Assembly (NCBI GenBank): GCA_023898565.1
Contig: CP060228.1
Coordinates: 368,594-432,593, forward strand
Source: Candidatus Nomurabacteria bacterium
Lineage (GTDB): Bacteria; Patescibacteriota; Minisyncoccia; Phycocordibacterales; UBA918
DNA length: 64,000 bases
Direction: 5' to 3'
Of the stretch, positions 47,663 to 57,160 are shown piece by piece (within the stretch, counting starts at the first letter, position 1; each line of letters opens with the position of its first letter). The translations under genes were made by a program, and so were the position numbers. The notes under the pieces were generated by a model that saw only the letters and a list, made by a program, of their open reading frames with translations, made no database searches and was not told the origin of the DNA.

Positions 47663-48403
47663 ATGAAATCTAAAATTTTAAGTATTCAGTTTAGAACTAA
47701 TCTGCAAGCACTAGCTATGGAGCGGGCAAGTATAGTGCGTGAACTCGCTGATGTGCCAGTCGATTTTGTGAATGTGTGGTCAAGCGAAATCGATTGGCAG
47801 CAGCCGGCCAGTTATATGCCTCAATATAGTGGGGTAATTTTGGGTGGATCTGGCGAGTATGATTTTGATGGTAATCGCAAGGAGGATGATCCAGCGCGTC
47901 TTGCTTCGTATGAATTATTAGAAAAACTGCGCCCACTATTTTCGTATCTTTTCGAGCATGATATTCCCACGCTAGGGATTTGCTATGGACATCAATTGCT
48001 TGGAGCTTTTGCTGGAGCGACAGTGAGGTGCGATAGTTCTCAGCGCAAGACGTGTACACATGCGCTCAAATTTATTGTTGATAAGCAGGAACATTTTTTA
48101 TTTGCTGATATTCCAGAGGATTTTACTGCTCACTATGGACACAAAGATTCCTTAGATCGTGTCCCAGACGGAGCTGTATTGCTTGTTACGGGTGGTGAGC
48201 AGTGTCAATTTTCTGCTTTGCAATACCAAAAAAATATTTACTCAACCCAATTTCATCCAGAACTTACTATTGCAGATATTATCTTACGAGTTGGGGCTAC
48301 ACCAGGATATTTACCAGAGGGCGCTTTGGTGGAAGAAATATTCAACGAGGCGCCGCATGCTAATAAAATATTGCGAAACTTTGGGAAATTTATTTCACGG
48401 TAG
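47663..48403 (+). CDS. Class I glutamine amidotransferase-like protein
   Basis: GICYGHQLL nucleophile-elbow motif and a downstream His-Pro-Glu triad region. Confidence 0.65.
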   Translation: MKSKILSIQFRTNLQALAMERASIVRELADVPVDFVNVWSSEIDWQQPASYMPQYSGVILGGSGEYDFDGNRKEDDPARLASYELLEKLRPLFSYLFEHDIPTLGICYGHQLLGAFAGATVRCDSSQRKTCTHALKFIVDKQEHFLFADIPEDFTAHYGHKDSLDRVPDGAVLLVTGGEQCQFSALQYQKNIYSTQFHPELTIADIILRVGATPGYLPEGALVEEIFNEAPHANKILRNFGKFISR

Positions 48404-48641
48404 CTGCTGAACGAGCATGTTGAGGTAAGATAGTATGAGAAAAACCGCCTAGTCCCATCCAAGCGGTTTTCTCTAACTAACGTTAGTGAAAGAACAATCA
48501 CCCTCGGTTTTTGTGTGCATTTCCCACCGAGGAACAAACATAGTACGAGCTAAGGGCTGGAGACTCAAGTAAATACCTGTGCATATTGCTCATCCTGCTC
48601 AGTTTGATAGGGTAGAAGGGTATTAGTTAATCAGTTGTGAC

Positions 48642-49754
48642 ATGTTTGATTCGTTTTCTGCTAGTGCGATTGCTAGCTCGATGCCTGCGTTGGTGTATAC
48701 AGTGCCGTTTTTAGGCGAGACTAATTTCGGTTTGGCACTGGCGTCAGTGGTCACCTTTCTTGGGCTTACATTTTGTTTTTGGCTGGTTCGGGCAGTGCTG
48801 TTGGTGCATCTTAAGTCTTTGGCAAAGCATACTATTGGCTCGCTTGATGATACGCTGGTGGCGGCAGTTGAGGGCATCAGGACATGGGTATACTCGTTGG
48901 TGGCTCTGTACGCTGCGCTACAGTTTTTTGTTTTACCGCCACTGCTTGATACTATTATTACTGGCGGATTTTTCTTTGTGGTGGTGTGGCAAGCGATCGA
49001 AATTGCCACCTGTTTTCTTGAGTACTTCGTTTCAACCTACCTAGAAAAGGACGAAGATGGAGATGGGGTGGTAGATCCAAACGCGGCCACTGCTTCGCAC
49101 ATGGTAACGTTGATTGCACGGATTATGCTGTGGGCGCTCGGTATTCTCTTTGTGCTTTCAAATATGGGTATTGAAGTGACGTCACTTATTGCTGGACTTG
49201 GCATTGGCGGGGTTGCGGTTGCGTTTGCGCTGCAAGGAGTACTCAGTGATTTATTTGCTTCGTTTTCTCTGTACTTTGATAAACCTTTTCGTATTGGCGA
49301 TTTTATCATTATTGGTGCTGATATGGGTACTGTTGAGAAGATTGGTATTAAAACCACGCGCATTCGTACGTTGCAAGGGGAAGAGTTAGTGGTTTCAAAC
49401 ACGGAGCTTACCACTGCTCGAGTACAGAACTTTAAGAAGATGCAGGAACGGCGTATTGTGATGCAGTTTGGTATTACATATGAAACGCCACAAAGTCGCG
49501 TGCAAGAAGTGCCTGGTGTGGTAACGAGCATTTTTGAAGCACTTGAAGGCGGCCGGCTTGATCGAGTTCACTTTACTTCGTTTGGTGATTCAGCGTTGAT
49601 TTTTGAGGTGGTGTACTATGTTGAGTCGCCAGATTACGCAGTGTACCTTGATATTCAACAGCAATTTAACTTTGCTCTGATGGCTCGGTTCACTGAGCTG
49701 GGAGTTGATTTTGCGTATCCTACGCAAACCATTTACACGAAGACGGTTAGCTAA
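48642..49754 (+). CDS. Small-conductance mechanosensitive channel (MscS family)
   Basis: Three N-terminal TM helices, the pore helix GIEVTSLIAGLGIGGVAVAFALQ, and the MscS beta domain. Confidence 0.8.
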   Translation: MFDSFSASAIASSMPALVYTVPFLGETNFGLALASVVTFLGLTFCFWLVRAVLLVHLKSLAKHTIGSLDDTLVAAVEGIRTWVYSLVALYAALQFFVLPPLLDTIITGGFFFVVVWQAIEIATCFLEYFVSTYLEKDEDGDGVVDPNAATASHMVTLIARIMLWALGILFVLSNMGIEVTSLIAGLGIGGVAVAFALQGVLSDLFASFSLYFDKPFRIGDFIIIGADMGTVEKIGIKTTRIRTLQGEELVVSNTELTTARVQNFKKMQERRIVMQFGITYETPQSRVQEVPGVVTSIFEALEGGRLDRVHFTSFGDSALIFEVVYYVESPDYAVYLDIQQQFNFALMARFTELGVDFAYPTQTIYTKTVS

Positions 49755-49796
49755 AACAAAAAGCGCGGCACCCAAAGGGTGCCGCGCTTTTTGTTC

Positions 49797-50891
49797 CTAT
49801 GCCCCGGCCTGTTGCAGCAAGGTTAGCAAGAACGGTGCCAGCGTAGTGGCAAAAATAGAAGCGCGATAGGGCAAATTTCCGCTAATATTCTGCGCCAAGG
49901 TAAAACCAGTTTCTTCATGTATGGTGCGTTCAATATGCGAAAGAGTGATAGCGCGTAAGCTACCTAATCCATCAAGAGTGTCGTCCCCACGAGTAACGAT
50001 AATGCCGATTACCTGACCGCTTTCGTTTATGATAGGTCCGCCAGAAGCTCCCTCTGCACCAACAGCGCTGCCACGAATGGAAATCACATCTGCATAATTA
50101 GAGCCAAAGGTGTAGAGTTCTGAAATAGTAGAACTGGCTTCCTGTGGAATGAGGTCAGCGCTTGGGCCGTTAACTAAAAGATTCGTGGCCGGATATCCTG
50201 CTGCGGTCACTGTAGCTTCACGCATGGTTACTGGAAGCAGGGCGGTGTCGACGCTGAGGGCAGGGAAAGCCGCTGGAAGCGGCTCACCGTCGATGCTGTC
50301 CTTCACATACAAGAGTGCGTAATCACGTTCACCGGTGCCCATTGGAACGGCTTGATGCATCTCATCAGCGTTATCGAGTACCCACGCTGGTGAGATGTAA
50401 AGCAAATCTGCTTCATATCGCGGAGCAGCTGGAGTGCCAGCTCGAACAATACATTCGGTGTCGCCTCCTTCGTGCGTTGTTTCAAGGAGAAGGAATTGCG
50501 CAACGTGCGCGTTGGTCAAAATAACCCCATCAGGATCAATGAAAAAACCAGTGCCGGTAGTGGTTCTGATGTAGCTGTCAGTAATGTAGGTGCAGTAAAT
50601 ATTTACGATTGCATCAAGAGGGTTTTCTGCTGTTTCGCCAGTAAGACCTGCTGCTGCGCCAAGTGCTGCACGCTGGTAATCAGCGCTCTTCAAGAGAATG
50701 TCTGGAATGGTTCGTTCAAGCCGGCTTGGTAAAAATGAGAGGGTAGAATTGTCGGGTTCAATTTCCTCACTGATGGTGGTTGGCAACTCTTCTGTGTTAG
50801 TCAGCCAAGTACTGATTCGATTGGCGATGCTGTTGGTAAACAGCATATAGGCCATCAAAATACCGATGAGCAAGTCAGCTAGAAAATGCAT
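49797..50891 (-). CDS. Trypsin-like serine protease (S1C / HtrA-like), membrane-anchored, no obvious PDZ
   Basis: GTGFFIDPDGVILTNAHV (His region) and GASGGPIINESGQVIGII (Ser region). Confidence 0.7.
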   Translation of the reverse strand: MHFLADLLIGILMAYMLFTNSIANRISTWLTNTEELPTTISEEIEPDNSTLSFLPSRLERTIPDILLKSADYQRAALGAAAGLTGETAENPLDAIVNIYCTYITDSYIRTTTGTGFFIDPDGVILTNAHVAQFLLLETTHEGGDTECIVRAGTPAAPRYEADLLYISPAWVLDNADEMHQAVPMGTGERDYALLYVKDSIDGEPLPAAFPALSVDTALLPVTMREATVTAAGYPATNLLVNGPSADLIPQEASSTISELYTFGSNYADVISIRGSAVGAEGASGGPIINESGQVIGIIVTRGDDTLDGLGSLRAITLSHIERTIHEETGFTLAQNISGNLPYRASIFATTLAPFLLTLLQQAGA

Positions 50892-51160
50892 GTTATGAAC
50901 AAGTATACCATTTTGGCTCTAGCCACATTAGGTTGTGGTGGTATAGTGAAAAAGTCGACGGATATCCGCCAGACACTTCTTGAGTTCTTTTTCAGGAGAA
51001 GCATGATGGATACCAAGCGCTACATTGGTGACGACGATGACGGCTTCGACCGCGGCTACAACTAAGCAGTAACCCTCCTCCGACTTTACCGGTGCGCAAC
51101 GTGCACCGGTTTTGTTTTATGTTTATTAAATAGACAAAACCGCTGAAAGCGGTTTTTTGT

Positions 51161-51231
51161 GTGCGGGTGAGAAGAATCGAACTCCCGACCACTGCTTGGA
51201 AGGCAGTTGTTTTACCACTAAACTACACCCG
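51161..51231 (-). tRNA. tRNA-Gly (anticodon TCC)
   Basis: Manual fold of the reverse complement: acceptor GCGGGTG/CACCCGC, anticodon stem ACTGC/GCAGT with loop CTTCCAA, T-loop TTCGATT. Confidence 0.8.
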
Positions 51232-51409
51232 CGAGTGAGTAAGATAATGCCAAGCTGGCTTGAGCATTAGTCTTACGAGTGAAGCGGTTGTATCGCTAGA
51301 TACACCCGCGAGCGAAAATCACTCGCACCTCAGAAGCATCTGCCTTGAAGTGAAACGATTCTAGCACAGTGGTCGAGGAAAACAAGCAATTGGTATACAA
51401 TGTATTGGT

Positions 51410-51811
51410 ATGAAACAGAAACTATCCTTAGTGACGCTCGGTGTGTCTGACTTAATGGCAGCGCGAACATTTTATGAAGACGTTCTGGGTTTTGAACCAG
51501 CACCTGAAAGTAGCGAATCGGTGGCCTTTTATGACATGCAGGGCACGTGGCTGGGGTTGTACTTGGCTGACGCTTTGGCTGAAGATGCGCAAGTGGCTCC
51601 AGAAAGCGATGGCTTTAGACAGGTTACCTTGGCTCACAATGAATCCAGTCGTGAGGCAGTAGATTCGCTATTTGATGATTTGCGGAATCAGGGAGTGGAA
51701 ATTGTAAAGGAGCCACAGGAAACATCTTGGGGCGGATACTCAGGCTACTTCGCTGACATTGATGGTCACTTGTGGGAGGTGGCGTACAATCCCTTCATGG
51801 ATCTGACGTAA
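51410..51811 (+). CDS. VOC/glyoxalase-bleomycin-resistance family protein
   Basis: 133 aa paired beta-alpha-beta-beta-beta module with the typical sequence pattern (LSLVTLGVSDL ... HLWEV). Confidence 0.65.
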   Translation: MKQKLSLVTLGVSDLMAARTFYEDVLGFEPAPESSESVAFYDMQGTWLGLYLADALAEDAQVAPESDGFRQVTLAHNESSREAVDSLFDDLRNQGVEIVKEPQETSWGGYSGYFADIDGHLWEVAYNPFMDLT

Positions 51812-52016
51812 GGTTGGTTCAGCGCTTCCATAGATACGTAAAAGCCCCCGGCTACAGGGGCTTTTACTTTTGTGGTGGGAAATAGCAAATTACTTTGCAT
51901 CTCCGCGTTCATAGCGTATTACCTCCGCTACGTTAGTAATTATATCATATTGATTAGGAGAGAGAAAAGCGGCGGGTCCTTTGGACCCGCCGCTTTTCTT
52001 AGATAGGAGCAGTGCT

Positions 52017-52289
52017 CTATTTTACCGCATCCTTCAGTGCCTTTGCAGCGCGGAACTTTGGTACGCGCATTGCAGGAACTTTCACCGTCTCACCAGTGCG
52101 TGGGTTGCGAGCTTCGCGAGCAGCTCGAGTCTTTGCCTCGAAGATGCCGAAACCTGCGACTGATACCTGGCCACCATCCTTCATGGTTGCTTCGATGCTG
52201 TCGAATACTGCGTCGACTGCTCGTTCTGCGTCAGCCTTAGTGGTACCAAGTACTTCATGCACTTTGCTGATGATGTCTGCTTTGTTCAT
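52017..52289 (-). CDS. hup: DNA-binding protein HU
   Basis: MNKADIISKV ... GFGIFEAKTRAAREARNPRTGETVKVPA is a canonical HU arm. Confidence 0.9.
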   Translation of the reverse strand: MNKADIISKVHEVLGTTKADAERAVDAVFDSIEATMKDGGQVSVAGFGIFEAKTRAAREARNPRTGETVKVPAMRVPKFRAAKALKDAVK

Positions 52290-52475
52290 AGATCAGATGT
52301 TTATGCTAAGAGCGGTTAATGTGTGGTGAGCGATAAACTCAAGCACGTTGCCGTAAAATGGCTTGAAAACATTATATAGCAACACATATTCCCTGCAACG
52401 ACTACACAAGTGCGTTTTGTGTGTTGTAGTATTTTTTGAGCTAAAAAAGAAAAACGACCGATTGGTCGTTTTTCT

Positions 52476-54005
52476 CTAGCGTGCGTAACTGACGACGCGA
52501 GTTTCGCGAATAACGTGCACTTTAATTTCGCCTGGATAGCGTAGCTGAGCTTCGATATTGGTGGCGATAGTTCGGGCGAGTTGGCTTGCCTCGAAGTCGT
52601 TTAGCGTTGTTGGGTTTACCAGTACGCGGACTTCGCGACCAGCTGAGATGGCGAAGGCGCGTTCGACGCCGCTTAAGCTGGTGGCGATATTCTCAAGATC
52701 TGAGAGTCGCTTGATATAGTTCTCTAGTGAGTCGCGACGCGCACCAGGACGTCCGCCTGAGATAGCATCGGCTACCTGTACGATGATAGATTCTGGAGTT
52801 TCGTACGGATACTCTTCGTGATGCGCGCGCATAGCGAGAATAACCTGTTGATCCACGCCGTATTTTTCAAGTATGCGAATACCAATCTCGACGTGTGTAC
52901 CAGCTACTTCATGACTAACGGTCTTGCCAATATCATGGAGTAGGGCGCCGGCGCGTGCGGTGGCGACATTAGCGCCGACTTCTTCGGCGAGGACGGCAGC
53001 AATGTGTGCCATCTCGACTGAGTGCCACAGTACATTCTGACCGTAGCTGGTGCGGAAGTGCAGACGACCAAGAATGGTGATGAGGTCTGGGTGGAGGTTT
53101 GGCACATTGGCTTCGTACGCTGCCTTTTCGCCCATAGCACGAACGGTCTTGGCGACTTCGCTGCGGGCCTTTTCGACTGATTCCTCAATCTTGGCTGGTT
53201 GGATTCGACCGTCCTTGAGAAGTGACTCTAGTGCTACGCGCGCAATTTCGCGGCGAATTGGGTCAAAGGAAGAGAGGACGATATACCCAGGCGATTCGTC
53301 GATGAGGACGTCCACGCCGGTAGCGCGTTCAAACGCACGTACGTTACGACCCTCCTTTCCGATTACCTTACCCTTCAGATCGTCGCTTGGAATCTCTACG
53401 TGTGCCGTCATGAGATTTGGCGCCATGGTGTTACCGAGGCGATGAATCGCTGCGAGCAATAGGTTTTGAGCTTTTGCTTCGTAGTGTTCCTCGCCAAAGC
53501 GATCAATTTTTTCGATGCGGCCACGGAGGTCTTCAGCTCGCTCGTTTTCTATTTTGTGTATGAGCTGTTCGTACGCTTCGTCTTTTGAAAGACCGGCGGC
53601 GGCTTCGATTTTCTTTTCAATTTCGCCGGTACGCTCATCGAGCTGTGATTTGATTGATTTAATCTGTTCAACCTTGCCGCGCAGGTCTTCTTTTTGTGAC
53701 TCAATGTCAATTTGGCGCTCATCGAGCACTTCTTCACGCTTGTCTAAACGTGTTTCTTTTTGTTCAAGCTTTTCTTCTAAATGTTTTCGCTCAGCTTTTG
53801 CTTCGTTCTCGATCTTTTCTGCTTTCTGTTCCGCTTCTTCTACAATTGAAAGCGCCTTTTTTTCTGCCGTAATCTCTCGCTCTTTGAGTTCCAGTTCAAT
53901 CGAATTTTTCTTAGATTGTGCATGGAGATAACGCAGTCCGTAACCGGCTCCTATACCAAGAAACAAAGCCCCTGCCAACGATATCGTAAATAGGATTGGT
54001 GGCAT
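52476..54005 (-). CDS. rny: Ribonuclease Y
   Basis: N-terminal TM, long coiled coil, KH domain and HD domain (LLHDIGK). Confidence 0.85.
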   Translation of the reverse strand: MPPILFTISLAGALFLGIGAGYGLRYLHAQSKKNSIELELKEREITAEKKALSIVEEAEQKAEKIENEAKAERKHLEEKLEQKETRLDKREEVLDERQIDIESQKEDLRGKVEQIKSIKSQLDERTGEIEKKIEAAAGLSKDEAYEQLIHKIENERAEDLRGRIEKIDRFGEEHYEAKAQNLLLAAIHRLGNTMAPNLMTAHVEIPSDDLKGKVIGKEGRNVRAFERATGVDVLIDESPGYIVLSSFDPIRREIARVALESLLKDGRIQPAKIEESVEKARSEVAKTVRAMGEKAAYEANVPNLHPDLITILGRLHFRTSYGQNVLWHSVEMAHIAAVLAEEVGANVATARAGALLHDIGKTVSHEVAGTHVEIGIRILEKYGVDQQVILAMRAHHEEYPYETPESIIVQVADAISGGRPGARRDSLENYIKRLSDLENIATSLSGVERAFAISAGREVRVLVNPTTLNDFEASQLARTIATNIEAQLRYPGEIKVHVIRETRVVSYAR

Positions 54006-54067
54006 GTTTTCTTATTAATTAACGTTCGTAACAGTACAGATGAACTGTACTAGAGTTTTGGGGGAAT

Positions 54068-54108
54068 GTAAAACAGCGGGCGGGCCCTATGGGCCCGCCC
54101 GCTGTTTT
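54068..54108. terminator. GC-rich hairpin agcgggcgggccc-tat-gggcccgcccgct (member of a repeated hairpin family)
   Basis: Perfect 16-bp stem with A/T flanks. A near-identical copy occurs at 56668-56708 and a variant at 55455-55489. Confidence 0.55.
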
Positions 54109-54229
54109 ACATTTACTCGACCTATTCCCGTATAGCATATTTCGAGCGTCCGCGAGGATTACGGGCAATACCAGCTCGGCATACATCGGAGCGTGTGAGA
54201 AATATGCTATACGGGAATAGGTGTTATTC

Positions 54230-54814
54230 CTACTTGTAAATCTTATCTACAATACCGTAGGTTTTTGCTTCTTCTGCATCCATGAAGAAGTCACGATCAA
54301 CATCTTTTTCAATTTGCGTTAACTTTTGACCAGTGGCTTTAGCAAGCATTTTATTAAGCTTCTCGCGGGTCTTGAGGATCCAGCGAGCGGTAATGTCGAT
54401 GTCAGATGCCTGACCGTGCGCGCCGCCTGAAGGTTGGTGAATCATTACTTCGGCGTTTGGCAAAATGTAGCGTTTGCCTTTCGCGCCTTGTGAGAGGATC
54501 AATGCGCCCATAGAAGCGGCGAGACCGACACACACTGTGGCGACGTCAGGCTTGATGTGGTGCATGGTGTCGATGATAGAGAGTCCTGCGGTAACACTCC
54601 CGCCCGGTGAATTGACGTACAGAAAGATGTCTTTCTTTGGGTCTTCGGCTTCGAGGAAGAGTAATTGCGCCACGATAAGATTGGCCGTGTAGTCTTCGAT
54701 TGGTCCAGTGACAAAGATAATTCGTTCCTTTAAGAGGCGAGAGTATATATCGAAGGCGCGTTCGCCTCCCACGGTTTTTTCAATCACCATTGGCACCAAG
54801 GTATTATGTGGCAT
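54230..54814 (-). CDS. clpP: ATP-dependent Clp protease proteolytic subunit
   Basis: [23 protein letters not shown] ... catalytic Ser in GLAASMGA ... His in MIHQP. ORF 54230-54916; the start was chosen at Met 54814. Confidence 0.9.
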   Translation of the reverse strand: MPHNTLVPMVIEKTVGGERAFDIYSRLLKERIIFVTGPIEDYTANLIVAQLLFLEAEDPKKDIFLYVNSPGGSVTAGLSIIDTMHHIKPDVATVCVGLAASMGALILSQGAKGKRYILPNAEVMIHQPSGGAHGQASDIDITARWILKTREKLNKMLAKATGQKLTQIEKDVDRDFFMDAEEAKTYGIVDKIYK

Positions 54815-54955
54815 GTGGTGCTCTTTTTCAGATTTCATAAAAGTTTCAGTTTCAAAATATCCAATAGATGTACTACTTAGTACTTGCGTATCGTAACAAA
54901 ATTGCAGAAAAAGCAAAGCCGCCCATCTAGTGGGCGGCTAATTGCGCGTTGGAGC

Positions 54956-55249
54956 TTACGCGGAGCAGCAGCAACTGTTGGAAAATTCCACATGCTGCAG
55001 TTCAACTCTGAGTTGATGATAGTGGGACGACTGCCTTGACAGGCACGCCACTGACTCACTGCTTACAGGACATTTTTTGCCTTCTTGCTTCTTCTGACAT
55101 TTGCTGTGGTTCGGTGCTCGATTGCAGGTAAAAGTTTGCAGCTGTTGGCGAAGCTGCAGCACCTTTGGTGCTTGGCAGTCACAGAGTGTTTCTGGCTGCT
55201 GCGTGGTTACTGCATCCAGTCCAGAATCGTCAGTTACTCGTTGTAGCAT
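54956..55249 (-). CDS. Small Cys-rich hypothetical protein (97 aa, 9 Cys, ends ...SNSCCCSA) in its own transcription unit
   Basis: GGAG Shine-Dalgarno 8 nt upstream of ATG. Flanked by hairpins at 54909-54950 and 55455-55489. No signal peptide. Confidence 0.3.
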   Translation of the reverse strand: MLQRVTDDSGLDAVTTQQPETLCDCQAPKVLQLRQQLQTFTCNRAPNHSKCQKKQEGKKCPVSSESVACLSRQSSHYHQLRVELQHVEFSNSCCCSA

Positions 55250-55496
55250 GATGCTATCTCCTTATAAAGAACAATTTAGAACAAAAAACCGGCGAATCGC
55301 CGGATGATACTTCTTGATTTTGCAAATCACATTTACGCATCCGGCGAAACAACTCCCTCATTCACGAGGAGTAGATTCTGTAGAAACATAAATGTAATAT
55401 GCATATTTTTATACTACTCCTGTTGGCAAATAATGCAAATCTATGATGTGTTTAAAAAGCCGGCAGGCCCTATGGGCCTGCCGGCTTTTAAATTAT

Positions 55497-56621
55497 TTAC
55501 TTCTCTTCTAGTTGCTTCATCACTTCTTCATTTAGAAGTACCGAAGCAACATAGAGTCGTACACGATGTTCGTCTGCATCCTTGAAACGTTCCATGAGCG
55601 CCTTGGTCTGCTCATTTACTTTCTCGACGTCGGGGACAATTTCTTCTTTCTTCGCAATTTCGTTCAGTACAAGCTGGAGCTTGGCTCGCTTTTCGGCGGC
55701 TGGGGTCCACTCGGCGACAAGGTCTTCTTTGGTCTTCTTGATGTGAGTGAGGTAGTCATCCATCTTGAGATTGGCGCGATCGAGATCTTCCTGCATCTGC
55801 GCAAACATCTGATTGATTTCAGAGTCGATGAGTACCTTTGGAAGCACTATCTCAGTTTTTTCAATCACGGCATCAGTAATATCTGCGCGATGCTTGGCAG
55901 CGTTGTTTTGCTTCTTCTCAATTTCAAGATGTTCTTTAATCTTTGCCTTAAAGTCTGCGACGGTTTCAAACTGACCAGGCTGACCAAGGGTTTTGACGTA
56001 CTCGTCTGTGAGCTCTGGAAGTGGTGCGTCTTCAGTATCTGCCTCCTTCGCTGCTTTGCTTTCTGGAGTCGGTAAATCACCTCCTTCGGTCTTAGCTGCT
56101 GCTTTCTGCTGGAGGCGTTCGTAAGCAGCTTTCTGGCGCTGAATATCTTTGATTTGCGTATCGATTTCTTCCTCAGTCACTTCATCACTTGGACGATTTT
56201 TGTTGATATCCTTAGAGATTTTTTCGTAGTCAGGGAGAGAGAAGGTTGGGATTACTGCTACCGTAATAGTGAATGCGAGTGGATTTTGTGGGGCGATTTT
56301 CGTCACTTCAATTTGTGGATGGCCAATTGCTTCGATTTGGTGCTCTTCAATAATATGTGGGTATGAGTGTGCAATGGCTCGCTCTGCCATCTCACCGAGG
56401 ATTGCCATCTCACCGAGGTGCTTTTCAAGAATCGGGGTAGGGATATGACCCTTGCGGAAACCTGAAATTTCAACGTTTTTCCCCAGTGCTACCAAAGCAG
56501 CCTTACGTTCGCTTTCAAGCTCAACGTACGGAAGTTCGCCAGTAATTTTTACTTGTGAACCCTCAAGTACTTCGACTTTGAAGGCTTCTTTAAAATCTAC
56601 AGAATGTGAATGATGTGCCAT
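55497..56621 (-). CDS. tig: Trigger factor (short form)
   Basis: N-terminal ribosome-binding GFRKGHIP motif. ORF 55497-56642; the probable start is Met at 56621. Confidence 0.75.
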   Translation of the reverse strand: MAHHSHSVDFKEAFKVEVLEGSQVKITGELPYVELESERKAALVALGKNVEISGFRKGHIPTPILEKHLGEMAILGEMAERAIAHSYPHIIEEHQIEAIGHPQIEVTKIAPQNPLAFTITVAVIPTFSLPDYEKISKDINKNRPSDEVTEEEIDTQIKDIQRQKAAYERLQQKAAAKTEGGDLPTPESKAAKEADTEDAPLPELTDEYVKTLGQPGQFETVADFKAKIKEHLEIEKKQNNAAKHRADITDAVIEKTEIVLPKVLIDSEINQMFAQMQEDLDRANLKMDDYLTHIKKTKEDLVAEWTPAAEKRAKLQLVLNEIAKKEEIVPDVEKVNEQTKALMERFKDADEHRVRLYVASVLLNEEVMKQLEEK

Positions 56622-56713
56622 AGTGCCCGCTAGTGTACGCACTTAGAGGGAAAATGCAACCAAAATTATAAAAGCGGGCGGGCCCTATGGGCCCGCCCGC
56701 TTTTATAAAGTGC

Positions 56714-57130
56714 TTACTGTGCCTCTGCCGCAGCATCAAGTTCGGCTTCGATAGCGGTCATTTCGGCATCAAGACTATCAAGATTGGTTGCTTCAATGTC
56801 AGCTTCAATAGCCTCAATTTCGTCAGATGGACTAGTGGCTGACATAACTTCTACTTGAGCCTCCGCAGTGGTACTTTCAGGCTCGTTGTTCTCTTCGATA
56901 GTTGGCCGTTCCATCATGGGTGTCGGAGTAGTTGGTGTCAGAGTGGAAAACCAGTAGTAGAGACCTCCTAGAATCGCGATGAGAGCGATCGCAAGCAGTA
57001 GAAGCACAGGCCCACTAATCATATTTGGTTCTTCAGCGGCGGTGTCCTCGGTAGTTGTGGCGGCATTTTCTGGCATTTTCATTTCTTCGCCTGCGTAGTT
57101 TGGAGCTTGAATATTTTGATCGTCATTCAT
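56714..57130 (-). CDS. Hypothetical acidic single-TM membrane protein
   Basis: 138 aa ORF with one central TM helix. Confidence 0.35.
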   Translation of the reverse strand: MNDDQNIQAPNYAGEEMKMPENAATTTEDTAAEEPNMISGPVLLLLAIALIAILGGLYYWFSTLTPTTPTPMMERPTIEENNEPESTTAEAQVEVMSATSPSDEIEAIEADIEATNLDSLDAEMTAIEAELDAAAEAQ

Positions 57131-57160
57131 GGTAGTTTACGTTTAAGGGTTTGCAAAATG

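Noticed and set aside
50992-51192. 66 aa minus-strand ORF spanning the tRNA-Gly(TCC) gene and its terminator
   Set aside because: It overlaps a tRNA and two hairpin terminators. Spurious.
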